NCBI RefSeq assembly: GCF_046119375.1
Contig: NW_027362769.1
Span: 234,298,001 to 234,362,000, forward strand
From: Phyllobates terribilis
Taxonomy: Eukaryota
Direction of reading: 5' to 3'
DNA: 64,000 nt
In this document: positions 39,027-48,279 of the stretch, in pieces
How the letters are laid out: each line of letters starts with the position of its first letter
Position numbering within the stretch: the first letter of the stretch is position 1
Notes under the pieces: generated by a model
What the model saw: the letters and a program-made list of their open reading frames with translations, nothing else
What the model was told of the DNA's origin: nothing
Database searches by the model: none
Translations under genes and position numbers: made by a program

Positions 39027-40703
39027 ATGGGCGTGCCAGAGGGTGGCAAGAGGCCACCTCCCATCGTGGGCCAGGACCAAGAATGGCGCCAAAAACGGAG
39101 ACCGCCCCCACCAGTAGAGACTGTGATGCTTGAGATGTCCATCAGCGTGGGGGGTCTGCCCCTGGAACTGACAATCACCAAGTTGCCCCAGGACCGCCCT
39201 CAATGGGGGCGGAGAGAGAACAAAAGAGAGAAGATGGGAGCAGCTTGGAGGAGTCTGGAGGAGTCGTACCCGGAGATGGAGGGGGAGGCAGGCAGCACCG
39301 ACCCAGCGGTCAGGAGCCTGTTGCAAGCGACAACCCCACAAGGCCTGGTGGAGATCCTGGCGCAGCTCCCCAGAGATCGGGAGCATGCACGGACCACACT
39401 GGAGGGCTTGGCTCAGAGGATGGCCCGAGTGCAGCGAGACGTACTGGCCACATGGAGCAGAGATATGGCCCTGCAGGCAGGAACCCGCCAACGGAGCACG
39501 CCACCCGAGACGAGGAGTCAGACCGCCTCTGAGGATGGCGCAGGAGGAATCAAGGCCGGAGACGACGCCGAGGAAGGAGCTAAAGAAACGGAGGCAGGTA
39601 AAGGGGACGTCACTACCCCGAGCCGAGAAGCCGTGAGCCTGCCCCAGCTCCCCGTCGCAGAGCCCGAAATTTCCCCTGCCGTGCCCGTCGTTGCACCGTC
39701 ACCGCTCCCGACTAGGCCTCAAACAGAAGCCGCGGCCACGCCCCCTGTGACGTCACGCGCCTCAACCCTGAGCGCGGCCACGCGGGAGACGCCACCGGCC
39801 TGGTCGCAAGGCCGAGTACCCCCGGGCGCCGCAGTACCAACAGCGCCCTCTACCTCTGCCGAGCCACCGGCCTGGTCGCTGGGCCAAGTAACCCCGGGCG
39901 CCGCCGTTTTCACGGTGCCCTTTACATTCAGGGTGCCCCAAGCCTGGTCGCAAGGCCTGGTAAACCCGGGCGCCGCTACCACCACCGCGCCCTCAACTTC
40001 CACTGTGCCACACCTGGGTGAGGACTTGTTTGCCCAGCACACTTGCCCGGATGGGCAGCCCTTTGTGTGGCCACCGGAGTACCACCATCCCCGACTCCGG
40101 AAAGAAAGACCCCTGGATGAGCCCCTGATCCCGGCTCCGGCGCCCGCCAAGATCACCCCACTCTCGTTGGAGGAAGCGCAGTTTGCGTGGGACCCCACTG
40201 GAGGAGACCTCATAGGGTTCACTCAAGAGACCCGGGCGGCCGCAGCTCAGCGAGCAGAGTGCTGCCGGCAGCAGTTAGAGGTCTTTGACAGAGAAAGGAG
40301 AGAGAGGCGGGTCCGTGAGCAGCGGCTGCAAATAAAAAGTGCAGAGCAGAAAAGCCGGACCCGAAGGAACCCCCGTGCAGCCCACGGTCCCCGTGCCACC
40401 GGGACTGTAATAAAATTCCAAATGGAGCACGGGTGGGGTTTTATACGGGACCACAGAACCCCCGGCGACGTCTTTGTCACCCGCAGAGACGTAGAAAGCC
40501 ATCTGCCGGAGGGACACAGAGGTCGTGACCTTTACCTGGGAGATGAGGTCACCTTCACCCGGCACCAGTGTGCCAAAGGACCCTATGCCCTTCATGTACA
40601 TCGCCTGACTGAGGAGGAGATGCGGTGTGAGGAAGGTCAAGAGGACCCGGACGGGTCTGAAGCCTACCCTCAGGAAGGAGCAGGAGGGCATCGTCACCAT
40701 TAA
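39027..40703 (+). CDS. LTR-element protein, 558 aa: low-complexity Pro/Ala/Thr region, three 24-aa repeats, predicted coiled coil, C-terminal cold-shock domain
   Basis: The frame is open from 38796 (GTG in the ORF track, 635 aa). The first ATG at 39027 is in strong Kozak context (gccattATGG). The C-terminus GTVIKFQMEHGWGFIR...GDVFVTRRDV...LYLGDEVTF...KGPYALHV fits the CSD pattern, with RNP1-like HGWGFI and RNP2-like VFVT. Confidence 0.85.
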   Translation: MGVPEGGKRPPPIVGQDQEWRQKRRPPPPVETVMLEMSISVGGLPLELTITKLPQDRPQWGRRENKREKMGAAWRSLEESYPEMEGEAGSTDPAVRSLLQATTPQGLVEILAQLPRDREHARTTLEGLAQRMARVQRDVLATWSRDMALQAGTRQRSTPPETRSQTASEDGAGGIKAGDDAEEGAKETEAGKGDVTTPSREAVSLPQLPVAEPEISPAVPVVAPSPLPTRPQTEAAATPPVTSRASTLSAATRETPPAWSQGRVPPGAAVPTAPSTSAEPPAWSLGQVTPGAAVFTVPFTFRVPQAWSQGLVNPGAATTTAPSTSTVPHLGEDLFAQHTCPDGQPFVWPPEYHHPRLRKERPLDEPLIPAPAPAKITPLSLEEAQFAWDPTGGDLIGFTQETRAAAAQRAECCRQQLEVFDRERRERRVREQRLQIKSAEQKSRTRRNPRAAHGPRATGTVIKFQMEHGWGFIRDHRTPGDVFVTRRDVESHLPEGHRGRDLYLGDEVTFTRHQCAKGPYALHVHRLTEEEMRCEEGQEDPDGSEAYPQEGAGGHRHH

Positions 40704-41154
40704 GAGGTGAACTGAAACTGTAAAATAGTTACCCGTAAGGGTATATGCCATGCTGCTAATTTAAATATGTTCCCCCGTTGGGACAAGTGTGAACTGTTCC
40801 AGTGTGTCCCATCTCCCCACAGGCTGAGGACTGTGAACAGCCATTCCTGTTCCCCACTGGCCGAGGACTGAGAGCGGCCACCTCCCTTTGTATATAGTTG
40901 CGCTTTCTAAGGCGCCCCCTACTGGTTTTATAGGAAACTGTGTTTTTTTCAGAAGAGACTGTTGCACTTTACCCGGTCACAATTTGCACCGTGGCCGGAG
41001 GAACAAGAATGTTTACTATGAAAAGTTTTATATGAAAAGTTTTATGCTGATGATATATATAATGTTTTATATGTTTATGATGTTTTTGAAAAAAATTTGT
41101 ATGTTTGTGGATGTTTTTATTCTTTTACAGCCCGAGGACGTGCTGTGATTTACC

Positions 41155-41163
41155 AGGGGGGAA
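41155..41163 (+). other. Polypurine tract
   Basis: AGGGGGGAA directly abuts the TGT start of the 3' LTR. Confidence 0.85.
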
Positions 41164-42389
41164 TGTAGCACCCTGAGGATTCGGCTGCTACAGGGGTATT
41201 ACACCTCAAGCCAGAGGTGTGGTATTCCACTCCCGGGTAAGGATGGAGTGTGGAACTGAGCTTAGTAGGCTGCATGCACTACATACATCCCATTTCCGGG
41301 GGACAGAACAACGGTACTCCCACCAGTATATGTGCAGGTACGACAGCGTCTGTCCCTGGCTGGAGTGGGAGGGGGGTGGAACATCCCAGTAGTGTAGGGG
41401 CAGATAGGGGGTGTAGTCTGGGTAAAGCTAGGAGCCCATTGGGTGCTGGTCACCTGGGCTCACACATAGAGGGAGTATATAAGGTGGGCACCATCTTAGA
41501 ATAGGGTCTTTGGTTCAGTTCAGGCAGGAGGAGAAGAGCAGAGGAGCTCAGCCAGGAGGGCTGACAGGGAGCTGTGGCTCCGGCTGGGCCCAGCTCCAGA
41601 ACAGAGCCTGCTAAGAGAGAGAGAGAGAGAGAGGAGTAAGAAGGACCCAGAGAGGAAACAAGAAGAGAACCCCAAGATCCCAGAATAAGGACAGAAGGGT
41701 GAAGGGTTGGCGGACACGGGTACCGGAACCCAAGCTGGCAGAGGCAGAAGTAACCCTTAGCCAGGAACCGGAGGTCGTGGTCAAGATTTGCCACGACCCT
41801 CACCAAATCCACCAGAAAGGCACACCAAGCATAGGGTCAGGGAACCCAGAGGAGGTTTGACCACCAAGAGACCCAAGGGAGCCGGCCAAAGGTGGATCCC
41901 TGGTGGGAACGGCCAGGAGGAAGAGAGAGACAGGGAAGCTCAGGACCACGCTCCGGACTGCCTGGGGGTTGGCCGAGTCCAGGACCTGGTGGACGCAGCA
42001 CGGCTCGGGTGGTCACTCAAGGCCAGAGTGACTAAAGCAACATCAGTGAGTAAAAACCCTGAAACTGCATCTCCTGACTCTGCCTCTCCTTCCTGCATCA
42101 TCACAACCCCCATCATCCACACCTGCTGCCCTGAGGCCATACCCCTCCCGTTGGGGGTTATACCATCACTGCTGCACATATACCACCGGCCTCAGCGGAC
42201 TGCTCTGCAGCGGCGGCTTCAAAGCCGCACTCAACGGGTGGCGTAGTCGACACTTAACAACATCTACAAAGACTGCCACACACTTAGTTTGACACCCTGG
42301 GCACGGACCGGGTCACCGCCACAAGGACTACTACCCCCATACAGATCCGGCTCCGGGTATCCCCTGAACATGGCCCAGGGGGCGCGTCA
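41164..42389 (+). repeat. 3' LTR (1226 bp)
   Basis: Near-identical copy of the 5' LTR, preceded by the PPT and followed by the GATA TSD. TATATAA at 41476-41482. Confidence 0.95.
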
Positions 42390-43075
42390 GATACATACAG
42401 TAGAAGTAGTTTCATAAAAAAGACAATTCATCTCTGTATGATTTTGAGAAAAAAAACTTATGCGAAGGGAGAACATAAAATCTCCATTCAACCTTTGCCC
42501 CCAACTACTGCAAGGCAGAAGTGTTAACCACTGAGCTTTGGCTAGATACGACTAAGAGGGTCTGAGCAGAACAACTGAGATCACCATATTACATGTGCAC
42601 TGTGAGCATAATCATTAGGTAATTTTGTATTTTTGATGATTCATTTTATTATTGAACAACTACTGTGCTGTTGGTCAATCCAAAATGATAATGAAACCTG
42701 AACATATAAGAAATTAAAAGTGAGGTTTCGTCTTTTTTAGGATTTTAGGAGTGTGCAGAATTATTGGGCAACTATTATTGTGCAGAATTATTATGTAATT
42801 AAATTAAAAATGTAATTTTTTCCATTTCAATTGTATATTTTCATCTGTTAAAGTGAGCATAATAACCAAAAAACTCCATGTGCAAAAATACATTTCTGAC
42901 ATTCCAAAAAAATATCAGTGACCAATATAGCCGCCCTTGTTTTCACCAACAGTGATAAGCGCCATCCAGCGAGTCTGTCAGTTTTCCTAATCTGTTGATG
43001 ATCAACTTTTGTAGACAGCACCAACTACAACCTCCCAGACACTATTCAGAGAGGTGACTGTTTTCCTTCACAATG

Positions 43076-44047
43076 GGGCTATGTGCCCACGATGCAGATT
43101 TGAAGCAGAAATTTCCTGCGCATTTCTGCATCTCCTTGGCAGAAAAAATGCATGCGGATTTTACATGTGTTTTTTTCATCGTTTTTACATGCGTTTATGC
43201 ATGCGTTTTTTTCAAGCGGTTTTCCAAGTGATTTTGAGCATCACTTGGAAAAGGGCTTGACAAGTTGGTCACACAATATAAATCCATGCAACTGGCATTG
43301 ATTTATATTGTGTGACCAACTTATGAGGAGATTTCTGTTTCAAATCTTGCATCAAGTGTAAATAAAAAGAATTAAAAAGTAAAAAGAAAAAAAAAAACTT
43401 ATGCTCACCTCTTCGGCGGCCCCTGGTCTCCTCCCGGCGGCGATCCTCTCTCCTCGGCGGCCCGCGGTGTACTGGCAGGACCTGAAGTGACGTCATTTAG
43501 TCAGCTGATGGTCACGTGACCGCTGACGTCAGCGATCAGGTGGTGGTCACCTGACCATCAGCTGACTAAATGACATCACCGCAGGTCCTGCCAGTACACC
43601 GCGGGCCGCCGAGGAGAGAGGACGCCAAAGGAGGAAACCAGGGGCTGCTGGAGAAGAGAGTATGAATATTTTTTTTTATTTTTTACTTTTTAATTATTTT
43701 TTAATTTGCCGGTACTATGGTACCCGGCTCGCATGAGAGTCTCCTCTTCTCCCAACCCGGGTACCATCCACACATTGAACCGCACAATACAGGTATACAT
43801 GCGGATGTTATGCGGTTCAATGCAAGTCAATGGGCGCAATTTTGCCGCGAAATCGCGCCCAAATTGGTCGTGCTGCGGATTTTTTCGCAATGATAATCCG
43901 CAGCGGAAATTTCCGCAGCATGTGCACAGCACATGCGGATTATCATTGGGAAACATGGCAGACATCTTAACAAGCAATTTTAATGCGTTTCTGCGGCGTA
44001 AATGCCGCCATTGAAACGCATTACATCTGCATCGTGGGCCCACATCC
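43076..44047. mobile_element. Harbinger-like non-autonomous element with a GC-rich central palindrome, nested in the Tc1 element
   Basis: Ends ggctatgtgcccacgatgcagat / atctgcatcgtgggcccacatcc, with ~70-bp near-perfect inverted arms at 43445-43621. Confidence 0.7.
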
Positions 44048-44306
44048 TCACTCTCCTATTTAAGAAGGACTCCAAGTACTCAATAGGGTTTAGGTCAGGT
44101 GAAGAAGGGGAGAAGGGGGCCAAGTCGATCAGTGATGGTGGTTGGGTTTTAGCCTTCCTTATCTCGACCATGTCTCTGAACATTGAACACCTTGCACTTC
44201 TGGCCTCTAGGGAGGTTGTAGTTCTGGAATTTGACAGCACTGGAAGATAATAGGTTCCTGGTCGCTTCACATTCTTATTCTTCTAATGTGAGTCTTCGCT
44301 TCTCAA

Positions 44307-44577
44307 ATAAGGAGGATTTGTGGGTAATCTGCATTGCTGTTAAATGATATAATAGATCCAAGTCCAGATGGGGGGTATTAGTGGTTCTTCTTTATTCAGT
44401 TGACACATGTCAAAGTACTACAGACTTCTTCATCGGGACAATCATTTTTTCATAATTTTTTGTCCTGATGAAGAAGTCTGTAGTACTTCGAAACGCATCA
44501 ACTGAATAAAGGAAAACCGCTAATACCACCCGTCTGGACATGGATCTATTATATCACTTAACAAAAATCCTCCTTAT
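44307..44577. repeat. Inverted duplication carrying two degenerate hammerhead cores
   Basis: The arms ataaggaggatt... and ...aatcctccttat are reverse complements. The right arm reads CTGATGA-A-gaagt...acttc-GAAACGCATC. Confidence 0.7.
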
Positions 44578-44629
44578 CTGTGTTTCCCCGGTCTATTGAC
44601 CTATTGGACCTGCAGCAGCTGAATTTATA

Positions 44630-44695
44630 TGTCATGGAAAGCGCTGCAGAATATGTTGGCGCTATGTAAAAATAAAGATTATTATTATTATTATT
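44630..44695 (+). mobile_element. L2-type LINE/SINE tail
   Basis: gcgctgcagaatatgttggcgctatgtaaaaataaag followed by (ATT)n. Confidence 0.65.
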
Positions 44696-47600
44696 GTGCA
44701 TATATAACTAAATCAGATTAGCATAAGCCTTTTTAAACACTTTTATTCCTCTTAGATAAGACCTTATTGCGCTGTGTTTCTTCTCCTAGTTATCTTCTTC
44801 TCAACACATTTTTTGCAACCCTGTTGACTTTTGCAATAGGACTTTTAATGGTTCCCCTATATTTGAGCAATTTCAAGAGTGCCCGCATGCCTCTGTAAGA
44901 CTTGTAAGAATTTTTGACTTTTTAGAGTCGGTTAAATCTCTTTTTTGGCCCATTTGTGTTCCTGGGAAAAACAAGTTGCCTAATAATTCTGCACGCCTTG
45001 ATAAAGGATATTGTATCCTTAGGCCTCATCCTCTCTCATTATACAAATACACATCACCCGATCTGCTTCTTCCAATTAGTAATGAAGTTTATACAGCTTG
45101 GAGGTGGGATATCTGCATAAAAATGATCATATGGTCAAAATACTCACCTAATAATTCTGCACACAGTTTAGTTGGTGGCTACTAGAACGAGCTCCACTAT
45201 ATAACACAGACTAAAATACCATAAAATCAGTAGAGGGATTAGAGAAGTCCATATATAGGTCAATTGATATCTATCTTAATGTGTAAACTGGCATTTGGAC
45301 TCCAGCATTTGCAGTATACACAACAAGTTATCTTGACATTTATGTAATTGACTATTGTAAGAGTAGAAACAGTGATCTTTCCTTATACATTCTCTGCAGA
45401 ATATTGATTTATAAAGATTGTATCTTTTTTCTTTTCCTGATTCTTAAAAAGTACAAAAATGATAAACTAAACAACTGCCGGCCTGTATACCATACGGAAT
45501 ATACAAGAAACAGATTGACCGTCTGGCGAGCCAACCTTTATAAAGAAGCTTATTTGTCAGGTACCATTAATGTGTTCACTGCGAGAGGTTTATTTCTTTC
45601 TAAAGATGCTGATTTTGTGCATGGATTTTGGCATCCCCTGCAAGGAAGCTGTCTAAATGAAAACGATTCTTACTCAAAACCCTCTTCATGAATAATATAC
45701 TGCATTTTAATCAATTACTTCTTTAAAGGATTGAAATCAGTTCAACTAATGGAGAGTCTAGTTAAGCCTTAAAAATGGAGCGTTTTACCCGGCAACGTCG
45801 GGTCATATTTTAGATGGAGGTACACATTCATTAACTCTATAGGTTACACACTGTGGAGGGAATGACAATAGATTGGAGGGTCTTCATACCGTTAGTGTTT
45901 TCTACTTTAACCCCTTACCGACATCCGTCATGCATGTACGGCGCAAGTTGGTAGCGGGCTCACAGGGTGAGTTCGCCCTATACCTGGCAAGAAATGGCTG
46001 TGTGCTAAAGCCAGGACCAGCCTCAAGCAATCGCGGGTGGGCTGTGATTGTTAACCTGTTAAATGCCGCTGTCAAAATGGCAGCAGCATTAACAACACAC
46101 CAGCAGGAGGTTGCATTATTCAGTACAGCCATGTGATTGCGGGTTCCTGGTGGGTTGTGATGATGCCGGGGGTCTATTGAAGATTCCCGTGCTTGTCATT
46201 ACAGAGCTCCTTTGAAATCCAGACAGTGGCCGGGCTTCAAAGAAGACCATGATTTTTACTATATGCAGCAATACCTAGCAAGGTACCCCTTGAGTGCCCT
46301 GTAAATCCAAATTTGTATGAAATATTTAAAGTTATTTTAGGTACTGTATATATACAGTTTGCATCAGCAGGGAGAAAGTAAAGGGTTTAGTAATTCAGTT
46401 TACTGCTACAACAATACATTTTGCATCAGCAGGGAGAAAGTAAAGGGCTTTAGTACTTCCGTTTACTGCTACAGTACTTAACTGAATACTTCAAAAAGTA
46501 CAGAACCAGAGCCTTGACCCACTGTAGGAAAGTGACCAGTCCAGTTAACATAGCAGTCTAGTTATGTATCCATGACAAATTAATGAATACCATCCAGCTA
46601 ATTTAATTGTTAGGAAATGCAAATCAGTGTAGCAACTTTCTTATGGGATAACCCCTGTAATATTTTATTGGATCACCTTTGCTTTCTATCTTTCACAGAC
46701 GGCTACCAACCTGGTTTTGTAAGTGGATATTAGAAAAAAGGGCCTAAATATTGAGAGTCCGTTTAAACCCTAAATCTAGAACAGAGATCACCTGTCCCAC
46801 AGTACACCTAGTGATGTGACTGCTGGCCATCAGACCCAGACGGAAAGTGTGTCTCCCTATCCACTTCTATGGAACTTGGTAATAACCCCAACAACTAATG
46901 TGGATACATCCTTGGTCAAGTTCACATCTTCATGAATGGATATTTTCAGATAGTGCTTGTAAATTCAAGCAGTTTTGCCATATATTGTGTATTAGAATTT
47001 TCAGACATTGTTGAGATATTAACGCTTTTGTTTATAGCCTGTTGGAGATCGACCTCCGCTTTTAGACCTCTGAAGATGCACAGTGCTTACAAGTTCTTTT
47101 CTATTGATCTTGTAATCCCCGTTTTTAAGCTGTCCAGGATCGCAGGAACACATTTAATCACGGGCAACTTCAGTGCAGTGCTTACAAGCTAGTCAGCAGC
47201 AGTGGTCGATCTCCTAGGCAACAAAATAAAAGTCATAATATCTCAATGATAGTTACACATTTTATTAAGCAGTAAATTGAGAAAGTTCTTGTTTTTATAA
47301 GTACAATAGGACAATATCTATTCATGAAGATGAAAATAATCCTTTAATGGACAGACATGTGGCACATGTATTGTCTTCTATCCAATCATCAAGCAGGATA
47401 TGGCCTGAGACCTCCTATCGAAATATTGAAGAAGTGGACCCACACCTATTCATGATTTATTCAATATCCTGTCCTTAACGCATGAAATCAAAATATTCCT
47501 TTAAGAATTTATCAACCTCAGATTCTATTGTTCATTAGACTATTTAATGTTTAAATGTATATTAACACTTAAAAAACACGTTTCCACATATCTAGAATCA

Positions 47601-47718
47601 AATGGAGGATTGCTTTTCATTACTACGGGTCATGTTTAAAATTGGACATGTTGTTCACAAGCTTGAGGTGTACGTTTGGCAATGGAAAATCATGGAAATG
47701 TGTGAAGGAGCACCTTAA

Positions 47719-48279
47719 AGAAGCACTCCTCCCATCAAACTTTTTATCCTCCTAATATATTGCAATCGTCATATTATATAGCATATTATATAGCACATTA
47801 TATGCTCATTCTTCCTTTCTACCCAGCTAATTCTTCTCTTTTCCATTAGGTCTATGACATCACATGATTAAAATCAGACTAGCTGAACCCATCTAAGCTC
47901 TATGTAGAAACAGGAGGTCTCTTTTCCCTGCACGAGTCATCATTAGAACTACAATTCTACATCACTGCGAAGTCCCTGGAAGCCAAGATCCACCTCCTCT
48001 TCAACTCCGCCCCCCCCCTGCCAGAGACTTTGCAGTGAGGTAGAATTGTAGTTCTAATGATGACTCATGCAGGAAAAAGAGACTTCCTGTTGCTTACAGA
48101 ATTAAGAAGGATTCAGCTTGTCCGTTTCTAGTCAGATGATGTCATAGATCTAATGGAAAAGAGAAGAATTTACTAGGTAGAAGGGAAAAATTTGCAGTTG
48201 TAAGTATAACATCCTATATAATATGATGACTGCAATATATTAAGAGGATAAAAACTTTTATGGGAGGAGGAGTGTTTCT
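47719..48279. mobile_element. T2-type palindromic MITE
   Basis: TTAA|AGAAGCACTCC ... GGAGTGTTTCT|TTAA, with long inverted arms. Confidence 0.8.

Larger units (their letters stand above)
37548..42389 (+). mobile_element. Young non-autonomous LTR retroelement (Gypsy-like architecture) carrying a cold-shock-domain ORF
   Basis: Direct repeats at 37548-38769 and 41164-42389, each starting TGTAGCA and ending GCGTCA. GATA is duplicated at 37544-37547 and 42390-42393. PBS at 38775-38792, PPT at 41155-41163. The 2394-bp interior holds one ORF and no RT, integrase or protease motif that I can see. Confidence 0.95.
42598..45166 (-). mobile_element. Decayed Tc1-like element with nested insertions
   Basis: TIR-like tgtgcagaattatt / aataattctgcaca motifs near both ends. 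Minus-strand SPSSPDLNPIEYL at ~44050-44110. Confidence 0.75.

Noticed and set aside
38664-40751. Antisense ORFs of 275, 167, 158 and 156 aa
   Set aside because: Most likely shadows of the GC-rich sense ORF; no motifs.
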